A stretch of 64,000 nucleotides of DNA from IMG/VR virus record IMGVR_UViG_3300032156_000001, positions 124,119-188,118 of that record, one strand, 5' to 3'. Shown piece by piece: positions 1-9,269 of the stretch; position 1 is the stretch's first letter, and each line of letters begins with the position of its first letter. Origin of the DNA: a virus. The translations under genes and the position numbers were made by a program. Below the pieces are notes generated by a model, which did not search any database, was not told the origin of the DNA, and saw only the letters and a program-made list of their open reading frames with translations.

Positions 1-17
1 GAAGGGGAGAAGAAGAA

Positions 18-911
18 ATGAGCCAGGATCTTGCTACCTTGAAGCTCGTCATGGAGACCGTGGCGGAGGTCCAGCGGCGCTGGGAGAAGCGGGGCTTCGT
101 CCCGCTCGATTCCTCCGGCATGATGGTGCAGCCGCAGCAGCAGATGGATCCCTCGATGGGCGGGATGCCCGGCGGGCAGCCGCCGGGAGCTCCTCCGGGG
201 CCCATGCCCCCCGGCGGCGCGCCCCCGCCCGGCGCGGGCGGAATGCCCCCGGGAGCGCCACCGGAAGCCGGTGGAATGCCGCCGGAAGCCGGCGGCGCTG
301 CTCCCGGTGGGGCTCCTCCCGGCCAGCCCGTCATGGTCAGCCTGAACGACCTGATCCAGCTGTTCCAGATGATCGTCCAGCAGCTCGGCGGCGCGGCTGC
401 CCCTGGCGGGGCGGCCGCCCCGGCGCAGGCCCCCGCGGAAGCGCCCAAGAAGGGCAAGGTCGCCGTGGAAGAACAGCTGGCGCAACTGAACGCGAAGCTC
501 GATCAGCTGCTCGGCGCGCTGGGCGGCGGCTCCGCTCCGGCTCCCGCTCCCACCGGGGGCCCTCCTGCTGCCGCCCCCGCCGAGCCGACGCAGGCCGGCC
601 CCGTCGCGCCCGCGGCGCCGATGCAGGTCCAGGCCAGCGCGATCGGCAAGCCGGAAGAGGACCCCGGCGAGCCGCCTTCGCTGTCCGACCCGATCAAGAC
701 GGCCGAGATCCCGACGAGCGGCCCGGCGAACCCCGCGCTTGGCGCGGCGACCCCGGCCGCCGCAGTTCCTCCGCCGGCGCTTCCCCCGCCGGCCTCGATG
801 CAGCCGCCCACCGCTGTCGCCATGCAGCAGCCGGCAGGTGGGCTGGCGGGTGCCAAGGCGCAGTCGATGGCCAAGAGGATAACCGAACTGAGAGGAGCGC
901 CCAAGAAGTGA
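18..911 (+). CDS. Pro/Gly/Ala-rich hypothetical protein, possibly head-associated
   Basis: Purine-rich SD-like sequence upstream (GAAGGGGAGAAG); GC3-biased codons; low-complexity GGAPPG repeats with short amphipathic helices; stop overlaps next start (GTGA). Confidence 0.6.
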   Translation: MSQDLATLKLVMETVAEVQRRWEKRGFVPLDSSGMMVQPQQQMDPSMGGMPGGQPPGAPPGPMPPGGAPPPGAGGMPPGAPPEAGGMPPEAGGAAPGGAPPGQPVMVSLNDLIQLFQMIVQQLGGAAAPGGAAAPAQAPAEAPKKGKVAVEEQLAQLNAKLDQLLGALGGGSAPAPAPTGGPPAAAPAEPTQAGPVAPAAPMQVQASAIGKPEEDPGEPPSLSDPIKTAEIPTSGPANPALGAATPAAAVPPPALPPPASMQPPTAVAMQQPAGGLAGAKAQSMAKRITELRGAPKK

Positions 912-1135
912 AGGTGCGCGTGCAGTCAGGCGACATGAGCTCCGTGGAGTTGGAGGACGCCCGCAGCGCGGTGGTCATAGACGACCACGGGCAGCCGATC
1001 GTGCTGGTGCAGTCGATGGCGCCTGGCCAAGTCCTGGTAGCGCGGGCGTCGGACCCGAACTTCAGGAAGCAGATCGAGGCGCTCGGCATAGGGTTGCGAG
1101 CCGATTTCGAGGTGCGAAAGGGCCATGCGAGCTGA
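908..1135 (+). CDS. Small hypothetical protein
   Basis: GTG start overlapping the previous stop; normal globular composition; overlaps the start of the next gene. Confidence 0.55.
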   Translation: MKVRVQSGDMSSVELEDARSAVVIDDHGQPIVLVQSMAPGQVLVARASDPNFRKQIEALGIGLRADFEVRKGHAS

Positions 1136-4100
1136 CTGGTTCACGGACGCCGTTTACGCCTCCGCGTTGCCGCCGGCTGTCAAGGAAGTGGCAGGGTGGG
1201 GCGGCGCCGGTCGGGCTTTCGGGGGGCGCACGTTCGCCGCCCCGGTCTTCGGGCGGCTCTTCGGACGGACGGCGGCGCCTGCGGCAGAACAGGCCGCTGC
1301 AGGCGCCGCTGCGCGCATCGTGCCGGTAGCAAAGGGGACCGCTGCGGCTGCCGGAACGGCCGCGCGGCCGGGCGCTTTGGCTGCACTCGGGCAACAGTTC
1401 CGGCCGGGCAACGTGGCGTCCCAGTTTTCCCGGCAGCTCGGCTTGGGCGGGTTGGGGACCGCCGCAAGAGGGGAACTGACGTCGCAATTGCGTTCCGGCG
1501 GGCGCATAGGGGAAGAACTGGTAAGGCAGTTCGGCCTTGGCAGCCCCGCGATGGCCGCGCTGGCGCCTGGCATAGCGACACGGCGCATGGCGGCGCAGCT
1601 GGCCCTTCGACCGCCGGTTCCCGCCTTGCAAGGCATCAAGTGGCAGGCGGGTGAAGCGGGTCCGCCCGGCTTGCGTTCCTTGGTGCCGTCGAGAATGCCG
1701 CACGAGCCGGGAGGGACAGTGGAACGCGCCGTCCCGGGGGAACAGTTGGGCGGCGTTCGCATCGGCGGGCGCACGCAGGCGTACGCGGAGTCTCCCTCCG
1801 GGACCGCCACCGTGCTTCCCATCCTGTATCGGCCGCGGCCTGCGCCCGTACCGGCGCCGGCGGCGTCGATGACTACGCACGTCACGCCCGCGCAGGCGGC
1901 ATCAGGCACGCCGGCAGCTGCGAAGACGCCCACGCCAGCGCAGGCCGCTTCGGGGACCATGACAACGTCGAGAAGCCGCGGCATGAGCATGGCACCGGCG
2001 CAAGGCGAGCAGCCGGCCGCGCCCGGCCAGCCGCCGGCAGGGACCCCGTTGACGCAGGAAGCGTTCATGAAAGGCATCGAGTCGATACGGCCGGAGACGG
2101 GCTTCATGGCCGGCGTCAAGGGCATGCTTCCGTGGATGGCGCTAAGCTACGGACCGCAGATGCTCTCGGGTCTTTATCGCGGATTCGTCAAGCCGGACGA
2201 GGAGGAAGGCCGCGCGCAGGAAGCGCAGGGCCCGCGCTATAGCCACGGCGTTTCGCCGTACGCTAGCCCAGTCGCCGAGTCGGAACGGTATCGGTACTGG
2301 CCGAAAGGCGCTGCGGACGTTTCCAAGGCCTTGGAAAAGTCGGCTAAGCGGACGTGGCGCTCGAAGTCCTTCCGCAAGTTCACGCTGCTGCACAGGTTCC
2401 CCGGCAAGACGAGGATGTCGGCCATGCGCAGGAAGACCGTCGCGCGCAGCATGCCGTTCGCTGCCAAGTCGGCCTTCTACTGCGGCTTGGCGAAGCGTTG
2501 CGCCGAGCTCGGCCTTGACAGGGACGACGGCAGGGCCGTCGTGGAAGCCCTGCAGAAGCTGGCCTTCGACGGGGAAAATCCACGGCCGGAAGAGGAGGAA
2601 ATAGACCCGCTGTACACTTATGCCCCGGCGGTTGGCGCCGCCGGCGCGGGTCTTCTTGCTGGCGCCGGGACTGGCGGAGGTCTGCTGGCTTCCGGCGTGG
2701 GCGGCACAATGGTTGGCGGCATGGCGCTCTCTCCATTTGAAAGGTTCGCCGAGGGGGTGCGGAGGAGCCACGCGACTGAAGGTTGGGGAAAGAATTGGCC
2801 GCTGCTGTATTCGACCGGTCAGGGCTTCAAGAACATGGTGACCGGCGAATACGGATCCGATCCCTACGGGTCCGCCCCCGCTTCGGCGGGGAAGGCGGGA
2901 AAGGGCGGCGTCGGCACCGACCCGATGGCACTCGACAAGGCAATAGGCACGCTTAAAGATCCGGAAGTGTATAAGCGGATGATTCGGGAGGAGAAAGAAA
3001 AGTTCGGGCCGATGAACGCGGAAAGATTGAAAGGTTTTCTCAATCTTGCGTATGAGCAAGCGCGAGTAGGCGGCGAGGTGTCCCCCGGCGAGGCCGCCGC
3101 GTCGGCCACCACGGGGATGATCCCCGGCATACGGGGGCTTGACCGCGCCCAAAAGAGCAAGATCCTTCGCAGGCTTCATCCCGAGTTGGACGCCGTGAAA
3201 ACATTGCCGGCATTCCAGACGCCGGGGATCGGCGCGGCGCCCGGGGTAGGAACAGCGCCCGGAGTTAGCAGGCCGTCTGGCGCTGTCGGGCCGCAGGGCA
3301 CAGCCGCTGCGCCCATGCCGGGTTCGCCGGCAGCTGCCCGAAGGCCCATGAGCGGCCAGAAGTCCACGCGCGACCAGGTCAGCCTGATAAGGCAGGAAGC
3401 AGCCACGCGGCAGGCGCCGGCCGCTCCGAAGGCCCCGGCGCCGACCGGCTCGCCCAGCGCCGCTGCGGCTCCGGCATCGACTGGTGCGGCACCGCGACCG
3501 TGGTCCGCCCGCGGCGGATTCGAGGGCGCTGAGGGGACCCGTTACGGCATGGCGCAGTCCGGCGGCGAATACGTGCCGCTCAGCGGCGGCGCCAACACGG
3601 AACCTGGCCAGACATACGGCGGCGCGGGGAGCTTCGACATAGACCGAAGGCGCGGCAGCATCGGACTGCCCGTGGCCGCGCGACAAGCAATGCAATCGTT
3701 CCGTCAACCGCCCAGCGGCGCTTACGCTGCCCCGGAAGGAGCGGTCTACGGCCGCGGGTCCGCAATGGGCGGTCCCGAGCGGTTCTCGTTCGACCCGTCG
3801 GAACGGCTTGTGGGGACTGCGCTGTCAGCGCTGACGGGAGCGGGCGGCGGACAACCCGCCCCGGCGGCCCAGGGCGTGCCGGCGGTTGCCGCGCCGCCGG
3901 TGCCGTCGCGCATGGCGCGGAGGATCGAGGACGTCGGGGGCGGCGATGAACCGTCCGGTGCCTCGGCCAGGCTCCGGGCTGGCAGCGTCGCTACCTCGGT
4001 GCCGCAGGGGGCAGTGGCCCCGTCATTCGGCGACGTGGCGTCGTCCGTCGGCAAGCCGGGATTCAGTAAGCACATCACGGGTCAGGTGCAGCCGACGCCG

Positions 4101-4223
4101 TCCAGGCCGCTGCCGGGCGCGCCACAGCTGCCGCCGCCCAATCCGGGCGGCCTGGAAGCGATAAGAAGGAGCCGGGAGCTGTTGAGCGCCCCGATACCGC
4201 CCACGGGCTACGCGACTCGGTGA
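1125..4223 (+). CDS. Large low-complexity Ala/Gly/Pro-rich protein, candidate internal head/ejection protein
   Basis: 1032-aa ORF filling the gap between coupled neighbours; glycine-rich hydrophobic stretch (AVGAAGAGLLAGAGTGGGLL); KSAFYCGLAKRC motif resembles the N-termini of other head-region ORFs. Confidence 0.6.
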   Translation: MRADWFTDAVYASALPPAVKEVAGWGGAGRAFGGRTFAAPVFGRLFGRTAAPAAEQAAAGAAARIVPVAKGTAAAAGTAARPGALAALGQQFRPGNVASQFSRQLGLGGLGTAARGELTSQLRSGGRIGEELVRQFGLGSPAMAALAPGIATRRMAAQLALRPPVPALQGIKWQAGEAGPPGLRSLVPSRMPHEPGGTVERAVPGEQLGGVRIGGRTQAYAESPSGTATVLPILYRPRPAPVPAPAASMTTHVTPAQAASGTPAAAKTPTPAQAASGTMTTSRSRGMSMAPAQGEQPAAPGQPPAGTPLTQEAFMKGIESIRPETGFMAGVKGMLPWMALSYGPQMLSGLYRGFVKPDEEEGRAQEAQGPRYSHGVSPYASPVAESERYRYWPKGAADVSKALEKSAKRTWRSKSFRKFTLLHRFPGKTRMSAMRRKTVARSMPFAAKSAFYCGLAKRCAELGLDRDDGRAVVEALQKLAFDGENPRPEEEEIDPLYTYAPAVGAAGAGLLAGAGTGGGLLASGVGGTMVGGMALSPFERFAEGVRRSHATEGWGKNWPLLYSTGQGFKNMVTGEYGSDPYGSAPASAGKAGKGGVGTDPMALDKAIGTLKDPEVYKRMIREEKEKFGPMNAERLKGFLNLAYEQARVGGEVSPGEAAASATTGMIPGIRGLDRAQKSKILRRLHPELDAVKTLPAFQTPGIGAAPGVGTAPGVSRPSGAVGPQGTAAAPMPGSPAAARRPMSGQKSTRDQVSLIRQEAATRQAPAAPKAPAPTGSPSAAAAPASTGAAPRPWSARGGFEGAEGTRYGMAQSGGEYVPLSGGANTEPGQTYGGAGSFDIDRRRGSIGLPVAARQAMQSFRQPPSGAYAAPEGAVYGRGSAMGGPERFSFDPSERLVGTALSALTGAGGGQPAPAAQGVPAVAAPPVPSRMARRIEDVGGGDEPSGASARLRAGSVATSVPQGAVAPSFGDVASSVGKPGFSKHITGQVQPTPSRPLPGAPQLPPPNPGGLEAIRRSRELLSAPIPPTGYATR
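2320..2337. promoter_or_regulatory. 18-bp perfect palindrome TTTCCAAGGCCTTGGAAA, copy 1 (intragenic)
   Basis: Exact self-complementary sequence, identical to copies at 23667, 36767 and 57414. Regulatory role is inferred. Confidence 0.6.
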
Positions 4224-4227
4224 CTGA

Positions 4228-6072
4228 ATGCTCACGACGGTCGGACAGCTTCTGGTCAACGAGGAGCTCCCCCCGGGGCTGCGCGACCATTCGCGCGTCC
4301 TCGACCAGGCCGGCGTGGCCAAGCTGTTCGGCGAGATAGAGAAGGCCGACAAGGGCAAGTTCGCCGACATCAACAGGCGGCTGCACGACATCGGCCAGCT
4401 GGTGTCCACCAGGCAGGGCCGCGAGACGAGCCTGTCGCTGGACGCCCTGCGCCCTTCCAAGGGCGTCGCCGACGAGCGCGCCAAGCTGGACCGCGAGGTG
4501 AAACTGATCCTGGCCGGCCCGGGCGACACGGCGGAGAAGCACAGGAAGATCGTCGAGGCCATCGCCGGCAAGGCCGACAGGATCACCGAGCTGAACTACC
4601 AGGAAGGCCTGAAGGACCGCAACCCGTTCGCGCTGCAAATCCTGTCGGGCAGCCGCGGCAACAAGGTACAGTTCAGGACGCTGCGCGCGGGCGACCTGTT
4701 GGTAACCGATCACAGGGATGAGCCCGTGCCGGTGCCAATGCTGTCGTCCTACGCTGAGGGGCTCGACCCGGTGCAGTATTGGGCGGGAGCGTATGGCGCC
4801 CGCCGAAGCGAGATTTTGAAAAAGTTCTCCACCCCGAAGGCCGGCTACCTCGGCAAGCAGCTCGCCATGGCGGCGCACAGGCTCGTCGTGACGGAGAAGG
4901 ACTGCGGCACTTCCACCGGCGTGCCGGCGACGGCCGACGATCCCGACAACGAGGGTGCCGTCCTGGCAACCGACGCGGCCGGCATCCGGGCCGGGACGGT
5001 GCTGACGCCGGACATCATGCGGAAGCTGGGGGACAAGAAGATCCTCGTCAGGTCGGCGCTGACCTGCCAGGCGGAGCGCGGCCTGTGCGGCAAGTGCGCT
5101 GGCGTACGCGAGACAGGCGCGCTGCCGTCGATCGGCTCGCATATCGGCATCGCGGCGGCGCACGCGCTTTCAGAGCCGTTGTCACAGGGGTCTCTGGGCG
5201 CGAAACATTTGGGCGGGACCGTCTCCTCCGGCCAGAGATCGAAGGACGACGCGCTCGACGTGGTCAACAGGCTGGTCCAAGTGCCGGAGGCGTTCCCCGG
5301 CGCGGCGGCGGTCGCTACCAACGACGGCCGCGTGGAGCGCGTCGAGGATGCGCCGCAGGGCGGCACGACGGTCGTCATAGGCGGCAAGGAGCACTGGGCG
5401 GCGCCGGGCCAGAAGATCATGGTGAAGAAGAACGACGAAGTCGAAGCTGGCGACGTCATCAGCGACGGCATGCCTAATCCCGCCGACATCGTGAAGCACA
5501 AGGGCATCGGCGAGGGCAGGCGCTACTTCACGGACCTGTTCAGGAAGACGCTGGCGCAGCACGGATTCAAGCAGAACAGGCGGAACGTGGAGCTGGTGGC
5601 CCGCGGCCTGATCAACCACGTGCGCATCACGGGGCTGCACGGGCCGAACCACACCGTCATGGACGACCTGGTGGAGTTCGACCCGCTCATGCGCGGCTAC
5701 GAGCCCAGGGAGGGCAGCGTTTCCGTCACGCCGAAGGAAGCCAGGGGTTTCTTTCTGGAAAGGCCCGTGCTACATTACTCGGTGGGCACGCGGATCACGC
5801 CGCGGATGGCGGCGGAGCTGCACGGGAACGGCGTCAAGAGCGTCACGGCGCACCGTGAGCCGCCGCCGTTCGAGCCGGAGATGGTGCGGGCGGTCGAAAC
5901 GATGGCGCACGCGGACGACTGGATGCTGCGGCTGGGAGGCCTGTACGGCATCCAGCGCAGCTTCTTGAAGTCCGTCCACCGCGGCGGCACCTCCGATCCG
6001 ACGGGGACGTCCTACATCCCGGCGCTGGCGGAGGGCACCGGCCTGCGGGGGTTGGAAGACGAGGAGGATTAG
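4228..6072 (+). CDS. rpoC: DNA-directed RNA polymerase beta-prime subunit, C-terminal half (split subunit)
   Basis: Colinear RpoC motifs: TTVGQLL, GSRGNKVQ (cf. GARGS), bridge helix YGARR...KAGYLGKQL, VVTEKDCG, Zn site VRSALTC...LCGKC, trigger loop EPLSQGSLGAKH, GDVISDG, terminal EGTG. Lacks the N-terminal half with the NADFDGD catalytic motif. Confidence 0.92.
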   Translation: MLTTVGQLLVNEELPPGLRDHSRVLDQAGVAKLFGEIEKADKGKFADINRRLHDIGQLVSTRQGRETSLSLDALRPSKGVADERAKLDREVKLILAGPGDTAEKHRKIVEAIAGKADRITELNYQEGLKDRNPFALQILSGSRGNKVQFRTLRAGDLLVTDHRDEPVPVPMLSSYAEGLDPVQYWAGAYGARRSEILKKFSTPKAGYLGKQLAMAAHRLVVTEKDCGTSTGVPATADDPDNEGAVLATDAAGIRAGTVLTPDIMRKLGDKKILVRSALTCQAERGLCGKCAGVRETGALPSIGSHIGIAAAHALSEPLSQGSLGAKHLGGTVSSGQRSKDDALDVVNRLVQVPEAFPGAAAVATNDGRVERVEDAPQGGTTVVIGGKEHWAAPGQKIMVKKNDEVEAGDVISDGMPNPADIVKHKGIGEGRRYFTDLFRKTLAQHGFKQNRRNVELVARGLINHVRITGLHGPNHTVMDDLVEFDPLMRGYEPREGSVSVTPKEARGFFLERPVLHYSVGTRITPRMAAELHGNGVKSVTAHREPPPFEPEMVRAVETMAHADDWMLRLGGLYGIQRSFLKSVHRGGTSDPTGTSYIPALAEGTGLRGLEDEED

Positions 6073-6074
6073 TA

Positions 6075-6710
6075 ATGCGTTCCGAACGGGCGTTCGCGTA
6101 CCGGCTTGGCCGCAAGATCGGCGAGTTGGCGAAGGAAGCGGCGGGGCCGGGCCTGCCTTCCAGCGCCACGGCCCGGCAAAGGGCGGCTTCCGCCGGTGGC
6201 GGCGGCCTGCTCGGCGCCGTCGGCGGCGCGGGCATGGGCCTGGCCGGCCTGTTCAGCCCCCGTGCGGAGAAGCGCATCACGGAGTGGGGCGGCCAAGGCA
6301 GGACCGGTCGGATAGGACAGGCGATGGCGGCCCGCCGCCTCGGCAAGTACATGCTCGGCGTGCCGGCCGCCGCGATGGTCCTGCCGGAACTGTACACGCA
6401 CGCGTTCGGCTCGCAGGGCCTCATTCATAAGCTGTTGGGTCAGGCCACCACCGATCCGCGGCTGGCGGTGCCGGATCCCTATGGCGGCATCGACATGTCG
6501 CGGATGGGCGGATTCGGCCCCAGCTACATGCAGGCCTGGAACGCCTACGCCAAGGCGCAGGCGGAGCGCAGGAAGCAGATGTGGGAGCTCGGCCAGGCGG
6601 ACCGCGTCGCGGCCGGCCTGCCGCCCATCCCGTACGAGGCCGGCTACGCCGGGCTCGGGCCCTCGGCCGGCGGCATGGGCTACGCGCCGTCGGCGTCGTA
6701 CTGGCGGTAG
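6075..6710 (+). CDS. Glycine-zipper-containing hypothetical protein (candidate internal/ejection protein)
   Basis: Coupled to the upstream stop (TAGTAATG); GGGLLGAVGGAGMGLAGLF hydrophobic GxxxG repeats; KEAA motif. Confidence 0.6.
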   Translation: MRSERAFAYRLGRKIGELAKEAAGPGLPSSATARQRAASAGGGGLLGAVGGAGMGLAGLFSPRAEKRITEWGGQGRTGRIGQAMAARRLGKYMLGVPAAAMVLPELYTHAFGSQGLIHKLLGQATTDPRLAVPDPYGGIDMSRMGGFGPSYMQAWNAYAKAQAERRKQMWELGQADRVAAGLPPIPYEAGYAGLGPSAGGMGYAPSASYWR

Positions 6711-6747
6711 GGCTGTCGGCCGTTTCACGTTTGCGAGGAGCTGAGCC

Positions 6748-9261
6748 ATGCCTGTGCCGCAGTCGACGGAGACGAACTTCGAGCGGGCGTTCTCCGACCT
6801 CGCCTTCGCGCGCCTGCGCGACAAGGCGCCCGCCCTGCTCGACCATCTCGTCGGCTTCCAGCTGATCGACAAGAACGACGAGGACACGCACGCCGTCGGC
6901 GTGTTCGGCTTCAAGCTCGGCCGGGAGTGGATCTTCGCCCCCGTGTTCTTCATCAACGGCGAGCTGAAGGGCCACGAGCTCCTGTACCTCAAGGACCGCG
7001 ACGCGTTCGTGCCGATGACGGAGGCCTGGGTCAACTACCTGCTCAACAGGAAGCCGCGGATCCTCGGCGAGGCCGAGCAGATCCCCAGGGACCAGATCGG
7101 GCTCAGGCAGCCCGACTTCAACATCTTCACCCGCTCCCCGCTCACCGGCGCCAAGTACGCCTCAGCGCGGCTCACCATCAACGAGGTCATCAGGCGGGCG
7201 AAGCCGGAGTTCGCCGCGTTCATCGACTCGGCGTTCCGCGTCGGGCCGAAGCACGCGAAGTATGCGTCGGTTGACAAGACCACCAGCCTGCCGATCGCGC
7301 TGCGCATCCTGGGCAAGCAGGCGCAGCGGAACCTCGAGATGACCATGCGGGCCGACCCGGCCTTCGCCGACGCGGTCTGCAAGTTCTACGACTGGCAGGA
7401 GCTCACCGGGGCCAAGGAAGCCAAGACGAAGCTGACCCGCGAGGAAGCCCGGTACATGGCGTCCGCCGCGGCCAACAAGTGCAAGGACTGCGACCACCAC
7501 GACGCCCCCAAGTGCGCCATAGTGGAAGGCGAGGTGGCCGGCAGCGGCGGCTGCGCGCACTTCAAGATGAACACGGTCCGCAACAGGATCGAGCCGGTCT
7601 CGGACAACCTGGCCCTGCCGCTCGCGGGCGCGAAGTCCGCCGTGGCGCTGGACCAGGCCGTGCAGAAGATGCGCGGCAAGAAGAAGAGCACGCTGCCGCG
7701 GCAGGTCGTGGTCATCCGCGACGACGACAACTCCAGCACGCTGTACCAGCTAACGGCGCAGGAGAAGGAGCAGCTGGCCCAGCACAAGTACGTCGTCCAC
7801 AGGGTCGTGGAGGACCCGCGCAAGGGCGAGACGGGCACCAAGGTGTTCCGCTCGCAACTGCAGCTGACCCTTCAGGTCCCCACGAAGACGGGCTTCTACG
7901 ACATCATGATGGCCGACGGCAGCGCGCGGAAGCTGCTCGTCCTGTGCGACCAGTTGCTGGTCGGCTGGAACGCCAAGAAGGACCCGCCGTCCGTCACCGT
8001 CATAGACACGGAGAAGAAGCAGTTCGGCGTCTACTCGCCGCACGAGATCCTGACCTCCAAGTGGTACGGCGACGACGAGCTGAAGGACTGGGCGAACAAG
8101 CTGCCCGACGCCGGCGAGCTGACGCCAGGCGCCTGCGCGATCCTCATCTCGCCCGCCGGCTCGGCCACCAACGTCTTCGAGGTCAACCGCAAGGACACGA
8201 CCGCCGACGGCTTGGCCACCCTGTCCGTGAGCAGCTACTGGGACGCCTCCAAGGACTCGATGCTCAGCGACAAGCGCACGTTCCTGTCGAAGAGCCGCGA
8301 ATACGCGTCCGACGACGTGGAGTCGATCACCCTCAGCGGCAAGGAAGGCGACAAGCCGGTGGTGCTGCACCGCAGCGCGTTCGTCCCCAAGGAGCTGAAG
8401 GCGTTCGTGCTTCACCGCAGGTCGCAAGCCCGACACGAGGCCCCGGCGACGCCCGACTCGTACGGGCCGTCCAGCATGGGTCCCGGCTCCCTGTCCAACA
8501 CGCTGCTGAAGGCGGCGCTGGACAAGGAGATCCACAAGGTCCAGGTCACCACCGACGGCATCGGCTACGTGGCCATCGAGGACGGCAAGCAGGGCCCGTA
8601 CCTCGGCAAGATCGCCATGCTGAAGCACCTCATCGAGGACCACGGCGCCGGCGAGCAGGATGCGCTCGCCATGCTGAAGGCGGCGTCGGGGGCCGACAGG
8701 GCCCCGGTCTTCCTGGTCAAGCACGGCGACTACTACGACGGCGCGTACTCCGCGATGCCGATGACGCCGTACTTCCCCGACCAGATGGTCGGCCAGGAGG
8801 ACGGGATCAAGGCGCCGGTGACGTACGACCAGACCGACGTGCTGCCGCTGACGAACATCGACAACTCCACGTCCAGGTCGGCGTACATGGACGACAGGTA
8901 CGTCGACGACCAGGCCAAGCGGTTCGCCACCTACGCCGCCAATCAGGGGCAAAAGGAGGTCCTGGACACGGCGGTCATCGGCGGGCTGGTCAAGACGATG
9001 GACTCCGACGCGCTGACCGACAGCTACATGAGCGACCTGCTGCTGGCGCTGGACCGGCTCGGCCGCATCCTGTTCATGTACTACTGGCACAACGACAAGT
9101 TCCGCGAGCGGTACGGCCAGCAGGACATGATCGAGCTCGAGGACAGCCTGCGGAACGTCTTCAAGCAGCTGGGCGAGCTGACGCTGTTCCTGAAGCAGAA
9201 GACGATAGAGCCGGAGGCGCCGGGCTCCGAGATCGAGCTGCCCAACGCCGTTCCCTCGTAG
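6748..9261 (+). CDS. Large head-region protein with an internal HiPIP-like 4-Cys motif
   Basis: GAGGAG SD; strong GC3 bias over 837 codons; CKDC-x7-C-x6-V-x3-GGC-x2-F motif at 7480-7563. Confidence 0.7.
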   Translation: MPVPQSTETNFERAFSDLAFARLRDKAPALLDHLVGFQLIDKNDEDTHAVGVFGFKLGREWIFAPVFFINGELKGHELLYLKDRDAFVPMTEAWVNYLLNRKPRILGEAEQIPRDQIGLRQPDFNIFTRSPLTGAKYASARLTINEVIRRAKPEFAAFIDSAFRVGPKHAKYASVDKTTSLPIALRILGKQAQRNLEMTMRADPAFADAVCKFYDWQELTGAKEAKTKLTREEARYMASAAANKCKDCDHHDAPKCAIVEGEVAGSGGCAHFKMNTVRNRIEPVSDNLALPLAGAKSAVALDQAVQKMRGKKKSTLPRQVVVIRDDDNSSTLYQLTAQEKEQLAQHKYVVHRVVEDPRKGETGTKVFRSQLQLTLQVPTKTGFYDIMMADGSARKLLVLCDQLLVGWNAKKDPPSVTVIDTEKKQFGVYSPHEILTSKWYGDDELKDWANKLPDAGELTPGACAILISPAGSATNVFEVNRKDTTADGLATLSVSSYWDASKDSMLSDKRTFLSKSREYASDDVESITLSGKEGDKPVVLHRSAFVPKELKAFVLHRRSQARHEAPATPDSYGPSSMGPGSLSNTLLKAALDKEIHKVQVTTDGIGYVAIEDGKQGPYLGKIAMLKHLIEDHGAGEQDALAMLKAASGADRAPVFLVKHGDYYDGAYSAMPMTPYFPDQMVGQEDGIKAPVTYDQTDVLPLTNIDNSTSRSAYMDDRYVDDQAKRFATYAANQGQKEVLDTAVIGGLVKTMDSDALTDSYMSDLLLALDRLGRILFMYYWHNDKFRERYGQQDMIELEDSLRNVFKQLGELTLFLKQKTIEPEAPGSEIELPNAVPS

Positions 9262-9269
9262 GGGCGACA

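Noticed and set aside
4228-6072. Host rpoC fragment or chimeric assembly
   Set aside because: Too diverged from cellular RpoC, has its own start, is tightly coupled to phage genes and has the same codon style. No rpoB or ribosomal protein neighbours.
7479-9269. 5-prime part of track ORF 7479..10094 and similar alternate-frame + ORFs (e.g. 26653..28314, 61793..63613)
   Set aside because: Off-frame shadows of real genes; only the segment from ATG 9270 has coding-like composition.
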